A stretch of 64,000 nt of DNA, taken from the NCBI GenBank assembly GCA_963514005.1, contig OY740798.1:20584001-20648000 (forward strand). Reading direction: 5' to 3'. The position numbers and the translations under genes were made by a program. The first letter of the stretch is position 1. Every line of letters begins with the position of its first letter. Source of the stretch: Raja brachyura (lineage: Eukaryota). This document shows, one piece after another, positions 52,181-63,075 of the stretch. The notes beneath the pieces are model-generated. The model saw only the letters and a list, made by a program, of their open reading frames with translations. It did not search any database and was not told the origin of the DNA.

Positions 52181-52639
52181 CCTCCAACTTTATCCTCAGT
52201 GTCTCCAAACAATTTAAAATGAATTACTCCCCTTACTGACTTGTCAGTCTGTGGGCCTACAGCCCAACTGTGCTTTGTAAAAACACAATAGGATCAATAC
52301 ATCTGACAGCACACCCAGGATGTAACATCACTGCCCTCTTAGCACAAGCCTAATCTAGGGTTGAATCCTATAGCTGAAAATAGAATACTAAACATTTGAT
52401 TAGAGCGTTAAAGAAAAATCAATATTGCTTCAATGCCTTTGGACTGCCCCAGATAATCCATTGAATCTCGTAAAATCTCCAGTGATGAGGAGCCCTTCGG
52501 CTGGCTTCTGCAAACATCTCTCCTCTATGTGGAAATGATCGCAGTGAAAGGAAATTGCACACGTAGTACTGCCCCCCACCTCACTGATTATGGATGTAGC
52601 CTCACAGGTTGTTGCAGTGGATGACTTTCACTTCCCCAA

Positions 52640-53560
52640 AAATGACTGGGACTTACTCAGGGCAAGAGGATTAGATGGGGCAGAATTTGTCAGGTGTAAT
52701 CAAGAAGGTTGACTTAAACATTCCGACTCAAGGAGGGTTCATACTGGACCCTAGTATTGGGAAATGAACCTGGCCAGGTGACAGGTGTTGCAGTGGAAGA
52801 AGAATTGGAAGATAGTAATCACAACTCCAAGTTTTAAGATTGCTTTGAATTGGGACAAGTCTGGATGTTGGAGAAAATTATTCAAGTTCATAGTTCACTA
52901 AAGGTGGCACCACAGGTGGATGGGGTGGTAGAAATGGTGTAAGTTATGCTTGCCATCATTGCTAAGGGCATTGAATATGAGTCAGGAAGTCATGATGCAC
53001 CTTTACAGAACAGGTTAGGATGCACTTGGAGTATACTGTGTAGTTCTGGTAGCCCCATTACACAAAAGATGTGGATGCTTTGGAGAGGATGCAGAGGTTT
53101 ACCAGAATGCTGCCTGGATTAGAGGGTTTCAGGGACACCTTGGATAGACTTGGATTTTTTTCTCTGGAACGTTGGAGGTTGAGGGGAGACTTGATGGAAG
53201 TAAAATTATGAGAGGGATAGATAGGGGAGACAGTCAGAACCTTTTTCCCCAGGATGGAAATGGCCAACACTAGAGGGCATAGGTATAAGGTGAGAGGGGG
53301 AAAGTTTAATGGTGATTATTTTTTATAAGTTTTTTTTTCTGAGTAATGAGGGCCTGGAATGTTTTGCCAGAGATGGTTGTGGAGGCAGATATGATATAAG
53401 CGTTTAAGAAGCTTTTAGATAGGCACATGGAACTGCAGGGAATAGAAGGAAATGGCAGGTAATGTAGAGGCAGTTTACATCAGTTTAACAAGGCATCATA
53501 TTCGGCACAAATATTGTGGGCCAAAGTGCCCGTTCCTGTGCTGTACTGTTCTATGTGACA
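52640..53560 (+). mobile_element. Old CR1 LINE fragments
   Basis: cacttggagtat..tgtagttctgg, ttggagaggatgcagaggtttaccag and actagagggcat motifs. Confidence 0.7.
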
Positions 53561-53693
53561 TTTGGCCAGCTTCTCCTCTGTCATGCTAGTTTACTGTTTT
53601 TATTAACATACAGGGTTCTCAGAAAAACATGACAAGATGCAACGTAGGGTGAAGATCTTACAGGTATGCTGCCCTATTTTCCATCACTAAACA

Positions 53694-54472
53694 GGAACCA
53701 CAAATCCACCAGGGAGCACCGCACGATGGCAGCCTCACCAACAGTCTAATCTGTCTGTCTTTTTGTCTTTTTTTTGGTATTTTTAAAATTTGTGTTAATG
53801 TTCTCTGGTTTGTTTTATGTGGGGGGTGGGGGAGGGGGGAGGGGGAAACTTTTATTTCCAATCTCTTACCTTGCCGGAGATGCGATTATTTTCCGGATCG
53901 TATCTCCGGTCTCTCTGCGGTCTAACATCATGGAGCTGGAGGCCTTGCTCGGAACTGACTTTGAGCCCCACCATGGGGCCGTGGACTTACCATCGGAGCG
54001 AATCCCTTCCCTGGGATCGACGCTCCAACCGCGGCATGCGAATTTCACCATCGAGGAGCTCGCAGTCTCGGGTAGAGATGGATGTCGGGAAGCTCCATAC
54101 GACGCAGAAGGTTCGACCAGCCCCGACCCAGGGTCAGATCGCCAGGTGCGGGGGTGCTGACATCCCCCCCAATGTGGGAGCTTGATAGCCCTGAACGCGG
54201 AGGGCCCGAACACCTTTGGCTACTCAGTCAAGATTGTCCCGTCAATGGAAGGCTCGAGGCCCCTGACCGCGGAAGAACAAAGAAGGGAAGAGATTGAACT
54301 TTTTTTCACAGTAGGAATGTGGAGGAGTCACTGTGGTGGATGTTTATGTTAAAATGTGTTGTGTGTATTTTGTGTGTTTTGTTGCTTTTTAATGGTATGA
54401 CAGTATGGCAAGCCACATTCCGTGTATGTTACAAAACATACTTGGCTAATAAAGTATTATGATTATGATTAT
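53694..54472 (+). mobile_element. Unclassified non-LTR retroposon 3' region
   Basis: GC-rich block ending in AATAAA and an (ATTATG)n tail. No protein motif recognised. Confidence 0.45.
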
Positions 54473-56399
54473 TTTTACCTTTTCCTTATAATAGAATTAT
54501 AGGAATCCAGGAAGAAGGGTGGTAGAGGTGGATGACAGGGTGAATGGTACATAGTCGATTTCCCTACAGAGTTAGAGAGTATGGCTCAGAATTCTCAGGA
54601 TAATGGGAAACCTGTTTAGGATTAAATTGAGACAGAATGTCAACAGCTTAAAGTCTTTGCAGTTCTTTAGCTCAGAGAACTGTGAACACTGAGTTATTAA
54701 GTACATTCACAGTTTGAGATGGATGTATTATTAACCACATGGGAAATGAAACAGGAAGGTGGAGTTGTGGCAGACAAGCAGATAAGCCATAATTTTATGG
54801 ACTGGCAGAGGATGAGGGCTCATGCTGCTCATGGCTCATGCATGCTCCTCCATGGCTATTTATATTTTCTAATTCAAATGCTTAATAATTTTATAAGAAT
54901 CCACATTTCATCTCAATGCTTTATTTCATGCAAATACTGATTTAGGGTTGGTCGAGAAAGAATTATCTACTTTAAATATTCCATTATAATTAACCACAGT
55001 GCAGCTATTAACTGATAGACCCACAATACTACAAAAGCTTTGAACAATGAGCCAAACAGTAAAAACGGAGCAAGGCCTCAGTAAAAGTGTTTTACAAGTC
55101 AATCACACATCATTCCTTCTTCAAAATGTCACCTGTTCGTACCTGAACAAATTAAAACTGGGTGCCCTTATAGGTCTATAATACCAATCAAGAGGAAAAG
55201 ATTTATGCTAAGGATAGTACAAATGATTACTGTTCATTTTTGTCATTTTAAACATGACCTCAATGTTAAGGATTATGACAGCAAAATCATCAGTGTTTGA
55301 CATCATAATTTTGCTTAACTGAGAGGAATGTCAGGACTGACACAAATCATGTGAAAAAGTGGAAATCCAAAGGTGCTATCAGCAATTCACTGCTGGACCA
55401 TTGGCTGTGTTCCATTATGATTCATCATGAAGTTCAATATAACAAACTGTGTTAAAGACATTCAAGATGTTTTTAAAAGATCAAAGCCCTGGCTAAGGTT
55501 GGGGTTGAGACATATCAGCTGGTTTTATTTAATGAATTACTCAGGCAGAACTTGCTTACATCAGCCCAAATGATGTTTATGACACAGAAAACTCTTCAAC
55601 AATTGGGCCTTGAATGTAGACTATCACCCCAATAATTCCCTTGTGTCATTTCTGGGAGAATCACCCACAATAAATGTGTTACTTGTAATACTGAAATCAG
55701 TAGCATACTAGCAGTGTTTGCTGTAAACATAATTGGAAATATATTGTAAAAATAATTTTAAATTGGCATATTCATCTGTGCCACAATCAAGAAACTGGTC
55801 CCCAATTTATTCCCAACTGTACAATCTACCATCTAATTCAAATAATTCTTAATTAAATTCCATAATCAGAAATCGCAGCACAAGTATGCAGCATTTTATT
55901 TCCAGAAAATGTATTCCCTGGTCTTTTCAGCAGTGGTAACATGGAGCAGAAGTCTGCTGAAATCTGCTTTATTACCAAATATAAGCATTATTTAATAAGG
56001 CATTCCTCTAAAACTAAAATAAGCTTTAAAATATGTTTTTTCTTGATAGAGACTGGTAAACCAGAACAATCCTTGAAGTGGTCAAGATTATTGTTGTGGG
56101 CAGATTTAAGCTTAAACCAGTAAAAACAGTATGGCTGTTATTCCCGTTTAAAGTTAATCAATTGTTCCGTGCTGATTTAACAAATTCTTCAGATTGTGCT
56201 GATGTTATGAGTCCAAACATATAGAACATCAATGCCCATTGTTTAATTCAGAATGAGATTTAACATTAAGAGATAACATTAAGATTTAACATTAAAAGGG
56301 AATTTATTTTGCAGAATAAACATGCAGGAGATAACATGTTATTATTTATATAGTTATTATATACAAGATATTAGTTATATAGTAATATACACCTAAACA

Positions 56400-56610
56400 T
56401 TTATTATCTTGCATATTTGAAACACACCACATCATTGATGCATCTGCTGTGCACCGGCATTTGGTCTCATCAAGGAAGTGCTTGGTATCATCTGCACCAG
56501 CTGTAAACGCTCTCAGAAATATCCTACATTGCCTGTATACTACATATTTACCAAGTGTTCTGCGACTTCAGCAAGCATTTCCAGCCTCTTCAACTTCTTG
56601 CACTTTACAG
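56400..56610 (+). promoter_or_regulatory. Candidate RAG2 promoter and non-coding exon 1
   Basis: Within about 110 bp: GATA (56404-56409), RUNX ACCACA (56426-56431), E-boxes CATCTG 56441, CATTTG 56458, CATCTG 56489 and CAGCTG 56498, and ETS AGGAAGTG (56473-56480). A CAG|GTAATT donor follows at 56610/56611. Confidence 0.45.
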
Positions 56611-58189
56611 GTAATTTTGTTTTGATATTATACTCAAATTATAGGCAGTAGAACAACTATTGTGACAACAACTATCGTCACAGTAGTTGATCTAACTAAC
56701 AGCTGTCTTGTATAGGTTTATATTACAACCACTTAAAGTTTAGAAAAGGTGTCAAGTGATACCCTGCGTAATAAAAAAACAGCAAAACCTGTAGTCAACT
56801 TACTACAATTGTTTTAACAAGTATTAATTAAGTTTATCCAGTGGTTATACGGTTAATTGACAGTGCTAACATTATATTATATCTGCTAAGCAATAAACTG
56901 AAAAGAAAATTAGACCAGTCTAATAATTATCATAATAATTGTGGTGAAAATGTAATTTCCTTCTGTAGGCAATGGTAGCTGAGGATCGTAATATAACTAT
57001 GTCTAAGGACAATGGAAGTCTATATGCAAAAACACAACAGATTATACTGTAATAACCAATTCAGTTAACGGACCAATTGTAGTTTTATTGAAAGAAAGTG
57101 CAACATTGGAAAAGATGCTAAAATGAAATTCTGTTATTCCTAATTATCGTGATATTGATAAGAAGCAAAGTTATCTTGAAATACATCTGGTAGAGAAGAA
57201 ACAGAGAAAAGATGAAAAGAATAAATTGCATTTGTGCAAGGCTTTTCAAATTCCTGTTATGAAGTCCAGAAGTTAATTACACCTGGAGATCTGGAGTAGA
57301 CCCTGGACAATGTAGTAATTGTTCATTGAAACACAGAAATTAACAGATCAACTCAATGTGTGCAGGCCAGCCAAAAATGAGATAATTAATTTAATCTAAT
57401 TTTCCAATTTAATCTGTAATCTTGCGAATTGAGGCGCTTTGTGTGCTCCACCAGATAATGTTTAAAATGCATTTTAAGTTTTTGTCATCACAATTCTTTG
57501 GCTGGAAAATCTTTCCTCAGTTCATTTCTTATCCTTTGCCCAATTCCCTGACCAGTCCACTAACAAAAATTAACCTTCCTTCTCACCCTGGCCCTTTGTC
57601 ATCTTGTCCTTCTCAAATATACAAAGAATTGTCAAATATGAAGGGTACAAAGGGCTAATGGACAACCTGTTAATTAATTCAAATCTACATGAAAGCAAAA
57701 TGGGGCAAGAATTGGTACATAGTTCCCAAAACTAACATGGCTTGTATCACTACAGTTAACAAAGACTAAATAGCAGTTGGTTTTCTGTAAAATAAAACAA
57801 AGATGCTGATTTTTTATGAAAAGTAACCAAATTCTTTATAAGTAGAAGCCAAATTAATTATTGTATTAATTTAATTTAAGTATTGTCTATGCTAAGCATA
57901 AATAATGTTAAGATTAAATGTCAAATTATATTTTAACATCAAAGTAAGAACTAAACTTTAAATGGATAAAATTGATAATAAGTTTGCCTCATTTATCATT
58001 AACCATAAAAACGACAAAATCAATTTCAATATTTCTGATTATGTGGATTCCTACTTTGTTCAAGTTTTGATGTTAAACAAGATAGACACAATTAAGACCG
58101 AAACCCCCATTCAAAGCCACAGGACAAATTGCCAAAGATTGATATTTAAATAAAAATATCTTAACATCATTATAGCTGCAATGATTTTA

Positions 58190-58800
58190 GCTTCTATCCC
58201 TCTAAACCTTTTCTATCCAGATACCCAACCAAATTATTTTAATCATTGTAATTGCATCTGCTTCGAAAGCTTCCTCTGGCAGCTCATATCATATACCTGT
58301 ACTTAACATCCTCTGTGTGGAGAAAGTTGCCCTCAGGTCCTTTTAAAATCTTTTATTTCTCTCTTTATCACTGCCCTCTAACTTTAGACTCCCCTATCGG
58401 ATCCTTATCTATGCTCCTCATGATTTTATAAACCTCAATAAAGTAATTCCCTCAGCCTCCTATGCTCCATGGAAACGGTCCAGCCTATCCATAGCCTCCT
58501 TATAACTCAAGGCCTCCAGTTTCAGTAACATCCTTGTGAATATATTTTGCACCCTTTCCAGCTTAATTACATTGTTCCTGTAGTAGCCATTTATAGTTGG
58601 ACGAACAGAACTGTGCGTAATACGCCAAGTGCAGTCTCACTAATGGCTTGTATTGTTACAACTCCTGTACTCTCTCAATATGCAACGGCAAATGTGCCAT
58701 ATACTTTCTTCACCATCCTGTCTACCTGTGTCACCACTTTCAGGAATTATGTACCAGTACTTCTAGGTCTCACGCTTATCCAATACCCTCCCATTTACTG
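58190..58800 (-). mobile_element. Old CR1 fragment
   Basis: Degenerate CR1 3' ORF2 motifs on -. Confidence 0.6.
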
Positions 58801-59863
58801 CGCAAAGAATTTAGATTCATACTATAGGAAATCACTTTTTCAGACATATTGTCTTCTATACCATGCTTACAAATTGAAGCTATAACATAAAGATTTAGTG
58901 CACGTTGTTGGCACGTTTCCTGAGAAAAATACCAGGTTTTAATCACCGTCCAAATGCCAGGAGCATCCCTGACATACATATTCATAAGGATATAAATTAA
59001 CAAATTAAATAACACTCAACATTCTCTCCAACATTATGGTGTGATTTTTTACTGGCAGTGAAGCAAGGAAATAACCCTAAACCTCAAAGGGCAAAGATAT
59101 CTGACAACTGCAAGAACATTTTGTGAAAAATAAATATATTAATAAAGCAGATACAGTGCTGCAGATTTCAAAAGCCTATTAGGTGATACGTTTAGCTTAG
59201 TTTTGTTTATTATTTTCAATAATTGAAAAGTTTTTGTTTGCATGCCATACAGTCAAAGAAAAGTCTATACATTATTACAATTAAGTTATCCATGATGATG
59301 GGTACAAGATAAGGATTGTAGGGAAATATGGATGTATACATACTAAAAGGGTACAGGGAAATAACATGGGATATAAGTCAAATAGAGAATTATTTCAGAA
59401 CAATGAAAACATAACCTGGCAGATCAGTTTATTGGGATTGTGAAACTTTGACTGCACGCAGTTGCACAGAGTATCATTCAGAGTGGCCAGTTGAAGCCCA
59501 CAGAAATCCAGTTTTAGCGTACAAAGATGTAAGATGCCGTGCGTTTTGTTGTAATCCCATCCCCCCGGGCAGAGTGTGCATGCTCTCGCACCAGGCCACT
59601 GGTATTTTCGGTGGGTCAGTGTGTGTGTTTGTGGGTCTGGAGTGGACGAGGAGAGGCGAATGAGCGGCGAGATGATGAAGAGCATCATAGGCCACGGCTC
59701 ATTCACTAAACCCCTGCTAGATTTAACACTGCAAGTGGCTGGGCTGCGCCTGGAAACCATCCACTACGTTTATTGGGGGGGGGGGGGGGCGGATCAAACG
59801 GTCAGTTTAAGCATTTCAAAAGAGGCGATGGCCAACTTTTACTTCAGCCGGGTTTTTACTCAC

Positions 59864-59940
59864 TCGCCCGACAATCTCGGCGTCGCTCTCCCATCCCGTG
59901 GCCCTGGCAACGGCGCGCCGTGACGCGGTGCCCGCCGTGA
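59864..59940 (-). other. IFTAP: Putative non-coding first exon of IFTAP
   Basis: CpG-rich segment ending in the donor CGA|GTGAGT (59863-59858 on -), just downstream of a ZNF143 motif. The transcription start site is approximate. Confidence 0.6.
59898..59911. promoter_or_regulatory. RFX X-box
   Basis: GTGGCC-CT-GGCAAC fits GTNRCC(N0-3)RGYAAC, typical of ciliary/IFT gene promoters. Confidence 0.55.
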
Positions 59941-59967
59941 GATGGAGTCCATTCGGCCCGAAATTAA

Positions 59968-59980
59968 ACTACAATTCCCA
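59968..59980 (+). promoter_or_regulatory. ZNF143/Staf (ACTACA-type SBS) binding motif
   Basis: Exact ACTACAATTCCCA. ZNF143 is the established activator of the NWC promoter. Confidence 0.75.
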
Positions 59981-60085
59981 TCAGGTACCGCGGCGCCCAC
60001 GTTCATTTGAATTGGGTCCGCCTGGGAAAATCAACCTTCAACTTAGTTCCCGAACCAAATGTAAGGAAGAGCGGGAAAAACCTAG

Positions 60086-60178
60086 GGTTTACACAAAAAG
60101 CTGGAGAAACTCAGCGGGTGCAGCAGCATCTAAGGAGCGAAGGAGATAGGCGACGTTTCGGGTCGAGACCCTTCTTCT
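60086..60178 (-). mobile_element. 93-bp Penelope-type terminal fragment with a 10-bp target-site duplication
   Basis: Flanked by AAAAACCTAG (60076-60085 and 60179-60188). Homologous to 12262-12360. Confidence 0.8.
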
Positions 60179-61163
60179 AAAAACCTAGATCATTTTTAAA
60201 TCCCAATATTTTTATTTGCGTTCAAACCAATTTAAATAAAATAATAAGAATAGAAACCGCTGGAAGTCGACTTTGAACGTTCACCAGAAGTGCCATCTAG
60301 CTTATGGTGTATTTCTAGCATATATTATTATAATAATATTGCCTCCTGTTTCAATTATGCATCTCTAAACTAAACTAAACATAAATATTCAGCTCCAATT
60401 GGCTCCAGGTTAAGACAAAGTGATAACTGCAGATTAAGGGCAGACGCCACTCAACCTTTTCTCCTGATTAGTTTATCCAGCTTTCACAAATATTCATTTT
60501 CCAAACCATCCCACAATCAATTCGTTCCTTTGACCAACCCAACGTTAATTCTAATTACTCCCCTCCGAGGACCTACCTGAGGGCTGCTTTTTATAATTCA
60601 GTAACACATTTGGGAATGCCTAGCAATGATGTTCACTTCCACTTATTCCAGCCTTCACTGCTACCATGATTTTGAGGTCATAATCTCTATCTGATGCACA
60701 TGCAATCAATACTGCTCTCTAAAGATTGAAAATTCATTTGCATCTTTTCCCATCAATTTTACAAATAAAGAACAAATACTGAAAAACAGAAAAGAGTATC
60801 CCAAACTAGAATTCCAAAAACGTACAGTTGGCTGAATGGAGATTTATTGACACTGAATTGCTGTATCAAAATGAATTGCAATGATATTTTTTCTTTAAAT
60901 TAATGAATATAATGCTTTCATCAATAAACCATGAGGAAAGCATGAACCCCAAATAATTCTGTTTAAATATATGTTTTCTTAATCATTGGCTTATCATTAA
61001 AATAATGCTAAATGGCAGCAACTATGCAAATGGTCTTGTAGAATGGTCAGTTTTGCATCATCACAGTCTGTAATAAAATATACGTCTTGATTTTCTTTTC
61101 ATTTCTAACATAGTGTTACATTCAGTTTCCTTTCAAATGTCCAGCCAGCTATCGACTGCAACA

Positions 61164-62723
61164 ATGTCCCTGCAAATGGTTTCAGAGAACAGCAGTACCA
61201 ACCTAATACAGCCAGGATTCTCCTTACTCAATTTTCATGGTGAAGTATTTCTTTTTGGTCAGAAAGGGTGGCCTAAACGATCCTGCAGCACAGGCATTTT
61301 TCTTCTTCATCTCAAGAACCATCTACTGAAACTTAAACCCGTTTCATTTTCATCGGAATCATGCTACCTTCCACCGCTGCGCCGGCCTGCAATAACCCAT
61401 TACTCGGATCCCTCAGAAACAGGAAGCCTTTATTATATCATTCACGGTGGGAGAACTCCGAATAGTGAAGTGCCTAATTCACTTTACGTCATGAGGGTTT
61501 ATGACAATACTGCCAAAAAGAGAACATCTCTTTGTTGCAGTGAAAAAAATCTAAAAGGAGATGTCCCCACAGGAAGATATGGCCACACCATCAATGTGAT
61601 TCAGAACAAAGGACAAACTATATGTGTCTTGTTTGGGGGTAGATCCTACCAGCCTCCTGGGCAAAGAACCACAGAAAACTGGAACAGCTTAGTCGATTGT
61701 TTGCCTGAGGTTTTTCTGATTGATATGAACACCGGCCATTGCACATCCCACATGCTACCAGAAATAGAAGAAGGCTTTTCATTCCATGTTGCTGTTGCAA
61801 AAAATGACACCATCTATATATTAGGTGGCCACTCCATCAAAGACAATCATCGCCCTGAAAGATTGCTTAGTCTAAAAGTAGATCTTTCAGGCATCCATCC
61901 CAGTGTTAAATGTACAGTACTGCATGGGGGTATCTCTGTATCAAGTGCAATAGTGACCCAAACTGGGAAAGATGAATTCATCATTGTTGGCGGCTATGAA
62001 TCTGAGAGCAAGAAACGAATCATTTGTAACACCATCGTTTTGGAGAATGATAGCATTCAGATATTGGAAAAAGATCCCCCAATGTGGACTAGTGATATAA
62101 ACACAAGCAAAACCTGGTTTGGCAGCGATATGGGAAGTGGTGCAGTGTTAATAGGAATTCCTGGAAATACAAAACAGGATACATCAGAAGCAAACTACTT
62201 CTATATAGCAAATTTGGGACAGCCAAAAGAAGAGAGCCAAATGTCTGCCAGCCAGGAATCCTTTACTGATCCTGAGGAATGCAGTGCATTTGAAGATTCA
62301 GAAGAATTTCACTTTGTAGTGGAACCAGATCCCTCTGAATATGTGGAAAACTTGAATGAAGGTGATGAAGAAGGATATTGGATAAAATGCAGTGCCAACT
62401 GCAATATGAATATCAAGATCTGGGTGCCCTATTATTCCACAGAACTCAATAAACCAGCAATGATCTTCTGTTCAAATGCAGATGATGATGGACACTGGGT
62501 ACATGCTCAGTGCATGAATCTCACGGAATCACAGCTAATCCAGTTTTCTCAGGAGAACATAAAGTACTTTTGCAATGAACACTTTATTGATAGAGAAATT
62601 AAAACTCCACCAAAGAAAAAGCAGATAAAGCGAACACCAATAAAATCCCCACGTAAGAAGTCACCAGCAACACTGAAAAGGACACCAATGAAGAAAAGCT
62701 TCCTGAAGAGACTGTTTGATTGA
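61164..62723 (+). CDS. RAG2: V(D)J recombination-activating protein 2 (single coding exon, 519 aa from the conserved MSLQMV start; an in-frame ATG at 61137 would add 9 aa)
   Basis: Uninterrupted ORF with RAG2 hallmarks: MSLQMV N-terminus, QPGFSL, GQKGWPKRSC, kelch repeats (HGGRTPN, RYGHTI, FGGRSY), acidic hinge (FEDSEEF), PHD finger (GYWIKC...PAMIFCS...GHWVHAQC...YFCNEH) and C-terminal KKSFLKRLFD. A polypyrimidine tract with AG at 61091-61113 indicates a splice acceptor, so the ORF-track GTG start at 61113 is unlikely. Confidence 0.98.
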   Translation: MSLQMVSENSSTNLIQPGFSLLNFHGEVFLFGQKGWPKRSCSTGIFLLHLKNHLLKLKPVSFSSESCYLPPLRRPAITHYSDPSETGSLYYIIHGGRTPNSEVPNSLYVMRVYDNTAKKRTSLCCSEKNLKGDVPTGRYGHTINVIQNKGQTICVLFGGRSYQPPGQRTTENWNSLVDCLPEVFLIDMNTGHCTSHMLPEIEEGFSFHVAVAKNDTIYILGGHSIKDNHRPERLLSLKVDLSGIHPSVKCTVLHGGISVSSAIVTQTGKDEFIIVGGYESESKKRIICNTIVLENDSIQILEKDPPMWTSDINTSKTWFGSDMGSGAVLIGIPGNTKQDTSEANYFYIANLGQPKEESQMSASQESFTDPEECSAFEDSEEFHFVVEPDPSEYVENLNEGDEEGYWIKCSANCNMNIKIWVPYYSTELNKPAMIFCSNADDDGHWVHAQCMNLTESQLIQFSQENIKYFCNEHFIDREIKTPPKKKQIKRTPIKSPRKKSPATLKRTPMKKSFLKRLFD

Positions 62724-62943
62724 AATTGTAAAACTTATAACAAAAATATTGCATGCAGAAAATTATAAACAGTACAGGGTTCTGACTTTTAGCATATTCC
62801 AGACTTATTCCTGTGTTAAGATATCAGTCATGATTTTGTGGAATATAAATGCAGTAACCAGGCGGCCAAAGGCCATCTCTGGATTAGTTAATGTCATTTA
62901 CTGATAACAAGGTGGAAATTCTTTCTTATTGAACAAAAGTTTA

Positions 62944-63058
62944 AATAAACTGATTTAACAAAGGATGCCATTTGGTCAAATTAGACTATTATATTGTAAA
63001 TTACACAAGGTTCTCAGAATACAATAAAACACAGCACAACACATTAAAAAGCAATAAA
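62944..63058 (+). promoter_or_regulatory. RAG2 polyadenylation signal candidates
   Basis: AATAAA at 62944, 63023 and 63053, downstream of the stop codon. Confidence 0.5.
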
Positions 63059-63075
63059 CCCTGTTGTATAATGGG

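Larger units (their letters stand above)
9046..59940 (-). other. IFTAP: IFTAP (C11orf74/NWC) gene span, antisense to RAG2
   Basis: Five coding exons join in frame (130+137+67+134+174 = 642 nt, 213 aa + stop). A putative non-coding exon 1 lies in the CpG-rich region near 59.9 kb. Position and orientation next to RAG2 match the known jawed-vertebrate arrangement. Confidence 0.85.
59540..60075. promoter_or_regulatory. CpG-island-like (probably bidirectional) IFTAP/NWC promoter upstream of the RAG2 coding exon
   Basis: Locally GC/CpG-rich, non-repeat sequence in an AT-rich background. Contains ACTACAATTCCCA (59968-59980) and GTGGCCCTGGCAAC (59898-59911). Confidence 0.75.

Noticed and set aside
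54995-55039. RSS/TIR-like CACAGTG...ACAAAAGCT facing RAG2 (a possible fossil RAG-transposon end)
   Set aside because: The spacer is 29 nt (not 12 or 23) and the nonamer matches 7/9. CACAGTG occurs several times by chance in the window, and neutral survival since the origin of jawed vertebrates is implausible without conservation data.
61113-61136. ORF-track N-terminal extension of RAG2 from GTG
   Set aside because: The GTG overlaps the likely splice-acceptor AG. The conserved start is MSLQMV at 61164.
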